Shown here piece by piece: positions 53,148 to 61,224 of a DNA stretch of 61,224 nt. Positions within the stretch are counted from its first letter, which is position 1. Each line of letters begins with the position of its first letter. Location of the stretch: NCBI GenBank assembly GCA_902767245.1, contig CACXGO010000037.1:1-61224 (forward strand), given 5' to 3'. The translations under genes were made by a program, and so were the position numbers. The notes below the pieces were generated by a model. The model saw nothing but the letters and a program-made list of their open reading frames with translations. It was not told the origin of the DNA and did no database searches. This stretch comes from an uncultured Erysipelotrichaceae bacterium. GTDB lineage: Bacteria; Bacillota_I; Bacilli_A; RF39; UBA660.

Positions 53148-54935
53148 GTGATTAAAGAAAAGTTAAGTTTAGTACCTAATTTACCTGGTTGTTATCAAAT
53201 GAAAAATAAAGATGGAACGATTATTTATGTTGGGAAAGCCAAAAAATTAAAAAATCGTTTAAGCTCTTATTTTAGAGGAAATCATACTGGTAAAACTGCA
53301 AAATTAGTAAGTGAAATTGTTGACTTTGATTATGTTGTAGTCGGAAGTGAAAAAGAATCTTTAATTTTAGAACTCAATTTAATTAAAAAGTTTGACCCTA
53401 AATATAACATTTTACTTCGTGATGATAAAAGTTATCCATATATTGAACTTACAAATGAAAAAATACCAAAATTGGTTGTTGTTAGAAATATTAATTTAAA
53501 GAAAAATCACTCAAATTTATATGGACCATATCCAAATGTTACAGCAGCTAGAGATACTGTAAATATGTTAAATCGCATTTATCCTCTTCGAAAATGCAAA
53601 ACTATGCCTAAAAAGCCATGCCTTTATTACCATATTGGAGAATGTTTGGGTTATTGCATGAACAATGTTGATGAGGAAAAAATAAAGTCGATGAAATTTG
53701 AAATTGTTCGTTTTTTAAAAGGTGATACTGATTTAATTACTAAAAAGATAAGTCAAGAAATGAACTATTATAGTGCTAATTTAAACTATGAAAAAGCTAA
53801 AGAACTAAAAGATTTATTGGATAATATCAATATTACAGTTGATCACCAAAAAGTTGAGATAAATGATTCAAGAGAACTTGATGTTTTTGGTTATTATTTT
53901 GATAAAGGTTATTTAAGTATACAAGTATTCTTTATTAGGAATGGTAAAATTGTTGGTAAACATAGTAAAATCCTTCCAACAATTGAAGAATATAACGAAG
54001 AAATTAATCGTTATATTGCTGACTTTTATAGTAAAGATGTTTTAAAACCAAAAGAAATATTAGTACCTGATATATGTGATAAAAATTTGCTTGAAGAATT
54101 TTTGGAAATTAATGTATTAATACCACAAAAAGGTACTAAAAAACAAATTGTAGAGATGGCAAATATAAATGCTAAAGAAAACCTAACACGCGAATTTGAG
54201 CTTATAAACCGCAACGAAGAACGCACAATAAAAGCTAATGAAGAATTAAAAGAAGTATTAAAACTTGATAAATTAGATCGCATTGAAATATTTGATAATT
54301 CAAATTTGTTTGGAAATTTTAATGTTTCGGGAATGGTTGTTTTTGAAAATGGAATGCCTTTAAAATCAGGATATCGTAAATTTAAAATCAGTTTTGATAA
54401 AAATGATGATTTTAATACAATGAAAGAAGCTATTTATCGTAGATATTTTAAAGTGCTTAAAGATAATTTGATTGCACCTGATCTAATAATAGTTGATGGT
54501 GGTATCACTCAAATACATGCTGCACGTGAAATAATTAATAGCTTAAATTTGAATATAATGGTTGTTGGGCTAAAAAAAGATGCAAAACATAGTACTAATG
54601 CTTTACTTGCTTTTGATCCAATTGAAGAAATAAACATTGATAAAACTAGTAATTTATTTTATCTACTTGAAAGGATGCAAGATGAAGTTCATAATTTTAC
54701 AATTAGTTATCATAAAAAACTTAGAAGTAAAGGAATGATATCTAGTTTTTTAGATAATATTGAGGGAATAGGAAATAAAAGAAAAAATGAACTTATGAAG
54801 AAATATAGTAGTATTACTAAGATAAATGAAGCGACAATCGAAGAATTATCAAGCATAATACCTTTAAATGTTGCAAGAAATTTAAAAGAATTTGTAAAAG
54901 AATATAAGGAGGAAAAAAATGACACCACACATTAA
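53148..54935 (+). CDS. uvrC: Excinuclease ABC subunit C
   Basis: GIY-YIG (PGCYQMKNKDGTIIYVGKAKKLKNRLSSY), UvrBC-binding region, endonuclease V-like domain (IEIFDNSN), C-terminal (HhH)2 (IEGIGNKRKNELMKKY). Confidence 0.95.
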   Translation: MIKEKLSLVPNLPGCYQMKNKDGTIIYVGKAKKLKNRLSSYFRGNHTGKTAKLVSEIVDFDYVVVGSEKESLILELNLIKKFDPKYNILLRDDKSYPYIELTNEKIPKLVVVRNINLKKNHSNLYGPYPNVTAARDTVNMLNRIYPLRKCKTMPKKPCLYYHIGECLGYCMNNVDEEKIKSMKFEIVRFLKGDTDLITKKISQEMNYYSANLNYEKAKELKDLLDNINITVDHQKVEINDSRELDVFGYYFDKGYLSIQVFFIRNGKIVGKHSKILPTIEEYNEEINRYIADFYSKDVLKPKEILVPDICDKNLLEEFLEINVLIPQKGTKKQIVEMANINAKENLTREFELINRNEERTIKANEELKEVLKLDKLDRIEIFDNSNLFGNFNVSGMVVFENGMPLKSGYRKFKISFDKNDDFNTMKEAIYRRYFKVLKDNLIAPDLIIVDGGITQIHAAREIINSLNLNIMVVGLKKDAKHSTNALLAFDPIEEINIDKTSNLFYLLERMQDEVHNFTISYHKKLRSKGMISSFLDNIEGIGNKRKNELMKKYSSITKINEATIEELSSIIPLNVARNLKEFVKEYKEEKNDTTH

Positions 54936-55617
54936 TGCCGAGTTAGAAGATGTTGCTAAAATTGTTTTAATGCCAGGGGATCCATTAAGAGCAAAATATA
55001 TAGCTCAAAAGTATTTGAAGAACTACAAAACTATTAATACTATTCGTAATATTCTTGGGTATACAGGATATTATAATGATAAAAGGGTAACAGTAATGGC
55101 TTCAGGAATTGGAATTCCAAGCATGGGGATTTATTCATATGAGCTTTTTAAATTTTATAATGTTGATAAAATTATCAGAATAGGGACTGCTGGTTCATTT
55201 AAGCAAGATTTAAAACCTAATGATGTTGTAATAGCAACAAGTTCTTATTCGGAATCCAGTTATGCTAGAACTCAAGACAATACTAAAGATAAGATTTTAT
55301 ATGCAAATAAAAATTTATCTGAAGAAATAAAAAAGTCAGCAGAAAAAATGGATGTTAATTTAAGAGAAATCAGAGTATTATCAACAGAAGCTTTTTATAA
55401 TGAAACTGAGATTCCTACTTTAATGGTAGAAAAATATGGATGTGAAGCAGTTGAGATGGAATCTTTTGCTCTTTTTCAAAATGCCAATTATTTAAATAAA
55501 AAAGCTGCGTGTTTACTAACTATTTCAGATAATTTGATTACCGGAGATGAAATATCAAGTAAAGAACGTGAAACAAAATTGGATCAAATGATAAAAATTG
55601 CCTTAGAAGTAGTATAA
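54919..55617 (+). CDS. deoD: Purine nucleoside phosphorylase, DeoD type
   Basis: MTPHINAELEDVAKIVLMPGDPLRAKYIA, GIGIPSMGIYSYEL, IRIGTAGS, VEMESFALF. Confidence 0.92.
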   Translation: MTPHINAELEDVAKIVLMPGDPLRAKYIAQKYLKNYKTINTIRNILGYTGYYNDKRVTVMASGIGIPSMGIYSYELFKFYNVDKIIRIGTAGSFKQDLKPNDVVIATSSYSESSYARTQDNTKDKILYANKNLSEEIKKSAEKMDVNLREIRVLSTEAFYNETEIPTLMVEKYGCEAVEMESFALFQNANYLNKKAACLLTISDNLITGDEISSKERETKLDQMIKIALEVV

Positions 55618-55631
55618 GGAGGTGATTTTAA

Positions 55632-56849
55632 ATGGCAAATAAAAATGTTCATTTAATAAAAGATAGAATATTTAAAAAAAATATTTTAAAAATCAACTTT
55701 GAAAGAAAAACTGATAGAAGTGAAATTACTAAATTGAATTTTCTTACTCATATACTTTTTCTTTCATCAAATAAATACAAAACTGAAAGGAAGATGCTTA
55801 CTAGAGCTCAAGAGTTATATGATGTTGGTCAAGAATCATTTGTAAATATCTATGCTAATGCTACAATATTGTGTTTTCGTTTTACATTTTTAAAAGACCA
55901 ATACACAGAACCTAATAATAGTAAGGCGGTAATGGATTTTATTAATGAAATTTTGTTTAATCCTAATGTAAAAAACAATAAATTTAATAAAAAGGCTTTT
56001 GAAATTGCTAAAAAAGAAGTTGTAGATGAAATAAAAACTTATTTTGAAAATAAAAATACATATAGTCGTTTAAAAATGATTGAATATATGGATAAGGATT
56101 CCCCAGCAGCAATTGAAGTAGTAGGGACATTAGATGAGATAGAGAAAATTACAAGAGAAAATTTATACGAATTTTATCTAAATGTTATAAATACATCTTT
56201 AATTGATATATTTGCTTTTGGTGATTTTAAAGAAAAGGATTTGAGCTTTTTAAGTAAACGAGGTGCAAATCCAAAAATTGAATATTTTTATAAAACCAAA
56301 GAGCATGAAGTTAGAACTTATATTGAAAGAGATAACATTAGTCAGAGTAAATTAGTGATGGGATATAATTTAATTGATGTTAGTCCAAAAGAAGCTGAAT
56401 ATGCAATGCAAATATATTTGTATTTATTAGGGTTGGGGCCGACTTCAAAGTTATTTGTGAATGTTCGTGAAAAAGCCTCACTTTGTTATTCAATTTCAGT
56501 TACAACAAGATCAATTAATTCGTTTATGATGATAAATGCTGGAATTGCTGCTGCTAATTTTGACAAAACAGTTGAACTAATATCAAAACAAGTAGATGAA
56601 ATGCGAAAAGGAAATTTCAAAGAAAAAGATATTGAATCTGCTAAACTTACTATAAAATCAAGTTATCAAGAAATACTAGAAAATCCTTACTCAATTATTA
56701 ATTCTTATGAAGCAGTTAATTATTTAGGTTATGATTTGATTAAAACAAGAATCAAAAAAATAGATTTAGTTACTAAAGAAGATATAATTAACTTTGCAAA
56801 TAAAATAAAATTAAATACTATATTTTTGTTAGAAGGTAAGAAAAAATGA
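55632..56849 (+). CDS. M16-family (insulinase-like) peptidase subunit lacking the HxxEH motif, YmfF-like
   Basis: M16 fold-length protein directly upstream of, and overlapping, an HxxEH-containing M16 partner. No zinc motif seen. Confidence 0.7.
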   Translation: MANKNVHLIKDRIFKKNILKINFERKTDRSEITKLNFLTHILFLSSNKYKTERKMLTRAQELYDVGQESFVNIYANATILCFRFTFLKDQYTEPNNSKAVMDFINEILFNPNVKNNKFNKKAFEIAKKEVVDEIKTYFENKNTYSRLKMIEYMDKDSPAAIEVVGTLDEIEKITRENLYEFYLNVINTSLIDIFAFGDFKEKDLSFLSKRGANPKIEYFYKTKEHEVRTYIERDNISQSKLVMGYNLIDVSPKEAEYAMQIYLYLLGLGPTSKLFVNVREKASLCYSISVTTRSINSFMMINAGIAAANFDKTVELISKQVDEMRKGNFKEKDIESAKLTIKSSYQEILENPYSIINSYEAVNYLGYDLIKTRIKKIDLVTKEDIINFANKIKLNTIFLLEGKKK

Positions 56850-58120
56850 AAATGTTTGAATATAAAAATATTGGCATAAAAATATATAAACATGTTTGTA
56901 AAAACGGGTTAGAAGTTTATTTGGCCCCTAATAAAAATATTAAAAGCTTTTATGTAACTTTAAATGTTAAATATGGTTCGGATATAACAAAATTTAAAAT
57001 AGGCGATAAATTATTTAAAGTTCCAAATGGTTCGGCTCATTTTCTTGAACATAAAATGTTTGAACAAGAAGATGGTATAACACCTTTTGATTTCTACTCA
57101 AATTTAGGTCTTGATTGTAATGCTAGCACTAATAATATTAGAACAGATTATGTTTTTTCTGGTAGTAATCATTTTGAAGAAGGCCTTAATTTTTTGCTAG
57201 ATTATGTTGCTACACCATACTTTACAAATGAAAATGTAGAAAAAGAAAAAGGAATTATTAAGCAAGAAATTCTAATGTATGAAGATGAACCTAGTCAAAA
57301 GTTATATGATATATCATTTTTTAATGCTTATTTTAAGAATCAAATAAGATATCAAATTGGTGGTAAAGTAACTGATATCATAGAAATTACCAAAGAAGAT
57401 CTATATAATATTTATGAAGCTTTTTATCAACCCCAAAATATGTTTTTAGTAATTACAGGGAATGTTGATTTAAAAAATACCATTAAATTAATAGAAAATA
57501 ATCAATCCAAGAAAAAATTTTCAAATAAAAAAGTGGAAATTATTCGTGAGGATGAACCACTTAAAATTAGAAAAAATTATGAAGAAGTAGAAGGTAATGT
57601 TTTTATTTCAAAATTTGCGATTAATATAAAATTTAATAATGTCAAATTAAAAGAAAAAGTACCTGATTATTTAAAGTATATATCATTTTTCCTTGATTCA
57701 GTTTTGGGATCAACTTCAAAACTAAAGGAAGAATTAATCAAAAAAAATTTGATAACTTATGGTTTTGCTACAGATATTGTTAGTGCAAATGACTATACTT
57801 CAATTTTGATAACTGGAGAAACTGATAATTATAAAGAAGTAATTAATTATATTATGAAAGCATTAAAAGAATATAGTTTTAAACTTAAAGACTTTAAAAC
57901 AAATAGTAAATTGTTAAAAAGTTATTATGTTTATATGAGTGATAATATTTATTCAATTAATTCATTTATTGCAAGTCAACTTATAAATCGTGGTAAAATA
58001 AATGAAAATATTTATTTAGATGTTGATAAAATGAATAGAAAAGAGTATAATTATGTCATGTCGCAGATTGATTTGAATAATTACGGAGTTGTTATTATCA
58101 AACCAAAACTAAAAAAATAG
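56846..58120 (+). CDS. M16-family zinc peptidase, YmfH-like
   Basis: GSAHFLEHKMFE (inverted zinc motif HxxEH); 4-nt overlap with the upstream M16 gene. Confidence 0.8.
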   Translation: MKMFEYKNIGIKIYKHVCKNGLEVYLAPNKNIKSFYVTLNVKYGSDITKFKIGDKLFKVPNGSAHFLEHKMFEQEDGITPFDFYSNLGLDCNASTNNIRTDYVFSGSNHFEEGLNFLLDYVATPYFTNENVEKEKGIIKQEILMYEDEPSQKLYDISFFNAYFKNQIRYQIGGKVTDIIEITKEDLYNIYEAFYQPQNMFLVITGNVDLKNTIKLIENNQSKKKFSNKKVEIIREDEPLKIRKNYEEVEGNVFISKFAINIKFNNVKLKEKVPDYLKYISFFLDSVLGSTSKLKEELIKKNLITYGFATDIVSANDYTSILITGETDNYKEVINYIMKALKEYSFKLKDFKTNSKLLKSYYVYMSDNIYSINSFIASQLINRGKINENIYLDVDKMNRKEYNYVMSQIDLNNYGVVIIKPKLKK

Positions 58121-58128
58121 GAGGGCTT

Positions 58129-58341
58129 ATGGAAATTGTATTAATTGTTGTTTCAATTTTATTAATAGCTGTTGTATTATTACAAAGTGGTAAAGCTGAA
58201 AGCGCATCTGGTGCTATAACCGGAGCTAATGATTCGCTTTTTGCTAATCGTAAAGAAAGAGGAAGCGAACTATTTATAAGTCGTTTAACTTTAGCTTTAG
58301 GAATTGTTTTCTTTACAATTTGTTTAATATTAGGATTTTAA
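58129..58341 (+). CDS. secG: Preprotein translocase subunit SecG
   Basis: IVLIVVSILLIAVVLLQSGKAESASGAITGA..., second TM helix at the C-terminus, 70 aa. Confidence 0.85.
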   Translation: MEIVLIVVSILLIAVVLLQSGKAESASGAITGANDSLFANRKERGSELFISRLTLALGIVFFTICLILGF

Positions 58342-58451
58342 TATATATGGAAGATTTTAAAACACTTTTGTTGACAAATAAATATTATTGTGTTAATATT
58401 TATCTAGACACACAGAAGTGTTTTTATTTTGAAAAAAAGGAGAAATGTTTC

Positions 58452-58631
58452 TTGAAAAAAATATTTGGATTTTTTAAAAATGTATTTAAGGAAATGAAGA
58501 ATGTAAGATGGCCAAATAAAAAGGAAATGGCACTATATTCAGCAGCAACATTTGCATCTATAATTTTATTTGCATTATACTTTACTTTAATTGACGCTAT
58601 AATTGCTGTAGTTAAGATGGTACTTGTTTAA
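58452..58631 (+). CDS. secE: Preprotein translocase subunit SecE
   Basis: (M)KKIFGFFKNVFKEMKNVRWPNKKEM... parallels B. subtilis MKFFKDVGKEMKKVSWPKGKEL. In-frame TTG 58452 lies 9 nt after AAGGAG and gives 59 aa. The track start 58320 adds an implausible extension. Confidence 0.8.
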   Translation: MKKIFGFFKNVFKEMKNVRWPNKKEMALYSAATFASIILFALYFTLIDAIIAVVKMVLV

Positions 58632-59167
58632 TGGAAAAAGAATGGTATGTAGTTAATACTTATTCTGGACATGAGAATAAGGTAAAAGAAAAACTTTTAA
58701 TGAGAGCTAATACGATGGGAATGGAAGATTATATATTTCGCGTAATAGTTCCGGAACAAACAGAAGTAGAAATAAAAGATGGCGTTAGAAAAGAAAAAGT
58801 AAAAAAAATGTTTCCTGGATATATATTAGTTGAAATGATTATGACTGATGAAGCTTGGTTTATTGTTCGTAATACTCCAGGGGTAACAGGATTTATCGGT
58901 TCTTCTGGAAAAGGTGCAAAACCATTTCCACTTACTTTAGAAGAAGTAGATCGTATTCTTGGCAGTATGGGAATGAGTCGTTTAGAAATTGCAACTGAAC
59001 TTGAAGAAGGAACACCAGTTAAAGTTATAAATGGACCATTTGCTAATATGTTTGGTAAGGTAAAAGCCGTTGATATGGCCAATCAAAAAGTTGAGGTTAT
59101 TATCGATTTGTTCGGTCAAGAAACAGTTGTCGAACTTGGTCTTACAGATATTACCATAAATAGTTGA
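58631..59167 (+). CDS. nusG: Transcription termination/antitermination factor NusG
   Basis: WYVVNTYSGHENKVKE, FPGYILVEM, VRNTPGVTGFIG, and a KOW motif (GTPVKVINGPFANMFGKV). Confidence 0.97.
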   Translation: MEKEWYVVNTYSGHENKVKEKLLMRANTMGMEDYIFRVIVPEQTEVEIKDGVRKEKVKKMFPGYILVEMIMTDEAWFIVRNTPGVTGFIGSSGKGAKPFPLTLEEVDRILGSMGMSRLEIATELEEGTPVKVINGPFANMFGKVKAVDMANQKVEVIIDLFGQETVVELGLTDITINS

Positions 59168-59192
59168 CAAAAAAATTTTAAAATGTTAATAT
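59164..59192 (+). promoter_or_regulatory. Sigma-A promoter (extended -10) upstream of rplK
   Basis: TTGACA (59164-59169, containing the nusG stop TGA), 17-nt spacer ending TGT, TAATAT (59187-59192). Confidence 0.6.
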
Positions 59193-59319
59193 TACAAGCG
59201 ATACATTTCGTTTGAAATGTAGTATAATTAATTTGCTATATATTTTATATATAGATTAAAAGTGGGAGATGCGGGAATCACTTGAACCACTCATCTAAAA
59301 ATTATAGGAGGTGTTATTC

Positions 59320-59745
59320 GTGGCTAAGAAAAAAGTTACAAAAATGATTAAATTGCAAATTCCAGCAGGAAAAGCAACACCAGCACCACCTGTCGGAACA
59401 GTACTTGGACCTGCAGGTATTAATCTAGGAGACTTCTGTACAAAATATAACGAAGCAACTAGAGACAAAATGGGAGATATCTTACCAGTTGAAATTAGCA
59501 TTTATGAAGATCGTTCATTTGACTTTGTAATCAAAACTCCACCAGCAGCATTCTTAATTAAGAAATATGCTAAAGTAAAAGCTGGTTCAGCAAAAGGTTC
59601 AAAGGAAATGGTTGGATCATTAACAAAAGAACAATTAAAAGAAATCGCAGAAATAAAATTACCAGATTTGAATTGCTATACTGTTGAAGAAGCTATGAAA
59701 ATAGTTGAAGGTACAGCTAAAAATATGGGAATTGAAATAAAGTAA
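59320..59745 (+). CDS. rplK: 50S ribosomal protein L11
   Basis: (M)[34 protein letters not shown].... GTG 59320 lies 8 nt after AGGAGG. Confidence 0.97.
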   Translation: MAKKKVTKMIKLQIPAGKATPAPPVGTVLGPAGINLGDFCTKYNEATRDKMGDILPVEISIYEDRSFDFVIKTPPAAFLIKKYAKVKAGSAKGSKEMVGSLTKEQLKEIAEIKLPDLNCYTVEEAMKIVEGTAKNMGIEIK

Positions 59746-59816
59746 TTATTAAAACATATAGGCTTTGCCTATGTGGGAGGAATTATCCGCAAATTACCAC
59801 ATAAGGAGGAGAAAAA

Positions 59817-60512
59817 ATGAAGAAAGGTAAAAAATTAGTTGAGGCTTTAAAACTTGTTGATCGTTCTAAGGTTTATACAGTTGAAGAAGCTGTTGCATTA
59901 GTTAAGAAAACTGCAATTGCTAAATTTGATTCAAGCGTTGAAATTGCAATGCACTTAAATTTAGACACTAAAAAAGCTGATCAACAATTAAGAGGAGCTG
60001 TTCTTTTACCTAATGGAACAGGTAAAACTAAAAGAGTTTTAGTTTTAACAAAAGGAGATCAAGCTAATGCTGCTAAAGAAGCAGGAGCTGATTTTGTTGG
60101 AGATTTAAACTTAATTGAAAAAATTGAAAAAGAAAATTGGTTTGATTATGATGTAATCATCGCAACTCCAGATATGATGCCTGCTTTAGGTAAAATTGGT
60201 AAGGTTTTAGGTCCAAAAGGATTAATGCCAAACCCAAAAACAGGTACAGTTACAACTGATGTTGCAAAAGCTGTATCAGAAGTTAAAAAAGGTCGTGTTG
60301 AATATCGTACTGACAGTTTTGCAAATGTACATGCGCTTGTTGGTAAAGTATCATTCACTGATGAAGCTTTAGTAGAAAATATTAAAGCATTTGTAAGCTT
60401 AATCATTAAATCAAAACCAGCAACAGTTAAAGGAAAATACATTAAAAATGTATCAATTTCATCAACAATGGGACCTGGAATTAAACTTGATTTAACAAGC
60501 TTTGACAATTAA
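59817..60512 (+). CDS. rplA: 50S ribosomal protein L1
   Basis: [14 protein letters not shown]..., [39 protein letters not shown]. Confidence 0.97.
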   Translation: MKKGKKLVEALKLVDRSKVYTVEEAVALVKKTAIAKFDSSVEIAMHLNLDTKKADQQLRGAVLLPNGTGKTKRVLVLTKGDQANAAKEAGADFVGDLNLIEKIEKENWFDYDVIIATPDMMPALGKIGKVLGPKGLMPNPKTGTVTTDVAKAVSEVKKGRVEYRTDSFANVHALVGKVSFTDEALVENIKAFVSLIIKSKPATVKGKYIKNVSISSTMGPGIKLDLTSFDN

Positions 60513-60530
60513 TAATTAACATGTTATAAT
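60502..60530 (+). promoter_or_regulatory. Consensus extended -10 sigma-A promoter of rplJL
   Basis: TTGACA (60502-60507, inside the last rplA codons), 17-nt spacer ending TGT, TATAAT (60525-60530). Confidence 0.7.
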
Positions 60531-60536
60531 ACATGC

Positions 60537-60669
60537 ATAACGCCGTAGACAGTAGGTGCTTTAAAGCTTAATTTCCTACCGAGGATATAAAGAAATGAGA
60601 TTCTTGACTCCTACGGTAAGTAGGAGTTTTATTATACGGCTTTTAAAATTAAAGGAGGAGGTACTTTTA
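60537..60669 (+). promoter_or_regulatory. Ribosomal protein L10 leader with an intrinsic attenuator
   Basis: GCCGTAGACAGTAGG...CCTACCGAGG helix typical of the Firmicute L10 leader. Attenuator hairpin ACTCCTAC (60607-60614) / GTAGGAGT (60620-60627) followed by TTTTATT. CCTAC occurs twice, which allows alternative pairing. Confidence 0.7.
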
Positions 60670-61161
60670 ATGGCAAATCAAAAAATATTAGATCAAAAAG
60701 CATTAGTTGTTAATGAAATAGCTGATAAAGTTAAAAATGCTGCAACATTTGTAGTGTTTAACAATAATGGTCTAAATGTAGCTGAACTTACCGAACTTAG
60801 AAGAAAGTTAAAAGAAACAGGTTCAGAAGTTAAAATTTACAAGAATACACTTGTAAAAAGAGCTTTGAAACCATTGAAAATTGAATTAGATGATGAATTC
60901 AATGGACCAAAAGCAATTGCATTTGGTAGTGATGCTTTAGCACCAATTAAAGTTGTTAATGAATTTGCTAAAGAACATCCAGCTTTAGAAATAAAAGTAG
61001 GATATACTGATGGTGAAATAATTGACATCAAGAAGTTACAAGCATTAGCTGCTGTACCAGGAAGACAAGAATTACTTACTATGCTTGCTGGCGCTTTGAT
61101 GGGACAAGTAAGAAACTTATCAATAGCATTAAATATGTATCAAGAAAAATTAGAAAAATAA
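60670..61161 (+). CDS. rplJ: 50S ribosomal protein L10
   Basis: MANQKILDQKALVVNEIADKVKNAATFVVFNNNGLNVAELTELRRKL.... ATG 60670 follows GGAGGAGG; the track start 60595 lies inside the leader. Confidence 0.95.
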   Translation: MANQKILDQKALVVNEIADKVKNAATFVVFNNNGLNVAELTELRRKLKETGSEVKIYKNTLVKRALKPLKIELDDEFNGPKAIAFGSDALAPIKVVNEFAKEHPALEIKVGYTDGEIIDIKKLQALAAVPGRQELLTMLAGALMGQVRNLSIALNMYQEKLEK

Positions 61162-61174
61162 GGAGGAATATAAA

Positions 61175-61224
61175 ATGGCAAAATTTACAAAAGATGAATT
61201 TATCGCTGGCTTAAAAGAAATGAC
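61175..61224 (+). CDS. rplL: 50S ribosomal protein L7/L12, 5' fragment (continues beyond window)
   Basis: AGGAGG then ATG 61175: MAKFTKDEFIAGLKEM.... Position after rplJ. Confidence 0.85.
   Translation, partial: MAKFTKDEFIAGLKEM

Noticed and set aside
58320-58451. N-terminal 44-codon extension of secE suggested by the ORF track.
   Set aside because: The extension overlaps the secG 3' end and the palindromic/promoter region. The SecE homology only begins at KKIFGFFKNV. TTG 58452 has a well-spaced AAGGAG and gives the canonical 59 aa. The nearby ATG at 58445 is out of frame.
60595-60669. 25-codon N-terminal extension of rplJ in the track; similar extensions at 41057, 36342, 3639 and 14670.
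   Set aside because: These extensions run through the L10 leader attenuator, the RBS, or the upstream gene. In each case an internal start with a proper SD gives a family-typical length.
1-61224. Possibility that the organism uses genetic code 4 (TGA = Trp), given the very low GC content and Mollicutes-like gene set.
   Set aside because: TGA terminates several conserved genes at their expected lengths: ruvX, mltG, nth, nusG, yrrO and the HerA-like gene. Conserved Trp positions use TGG. A class A PBP, MltG and an LtaS-like enzyme indicate a walled bacterium.
1-61224. CRISPR arrays, IS elements, integrons or other mobile DNA.
   Set aside because: Reading the intergenic regions, I found no regularly spaced direct repeats, no transposase/integrase/recombinase-like ORFs, and no terminal inverted repeats. 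All larger intergenic regions are explained by promoters, terminators or the structured RNAs listed.

Overview
A 61.2-kb chromosomal core segment from a very AT-rich Bacillota genome. The genetic code is standard: TGA closes several conserved genes at their expected lengths, so this is not Mollicutes code 4. Gene order repeats several Bacillus-type synteny blocks: ireB-ruvX-yrzB-mltG-trmR-yrrN-yrrO-greA; dnaD-nth next to ponA-recU, then gpsB-rnpB; rodZ-pgsA-recA-rny; ftsY-ylxM; and secE-nusG-rplK-rplA-rplJ-rplL. SpoIIIAH-, GerE- and GerM-like genes are also present, which suggests an Erysipelotrichia- or Bacilli-like, spore-forming or formerly spore-forming lineage (inference only). I call about 63 CDS, tRNA-Arg(UCU), tRNA-Pro(CGG), RNase P RNA, a proline T-box leader, an L10 leader with an attenuator, and many consensus sigma-A promoters and hairpin/T-run terminators. 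I saw no transposase, integrase, phage structural genes or CRISPR array. Five regions deserve a second look. (1) A HerA/FtsK-superfamily ATPase is translationally coupled to a membrane-anchored Cys-rich protein and sits where ffh normally follows ftsY-ylxM. (2) An orphan 696-aa modular type IV prepilin lies directly after a VirB2/TrbC-like two-TM protein downstream of rny. (3) A T-box with a CCG specifier has as its first regulated product its own cognate tRNA-Pro(CGG), followed by a ProRS lacking the INS editing domain. (4) A 582-aa AlaRS lacks the C-Ala domain and the editing beta-barrel and shares an operon with two unrelated P-loop kinases. (5) An RNB-domain ribonuclease has no CSD or S1 domains and carries a novel N-terminal region. 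All family assignments come from motif recognition by eye; no database search was run.
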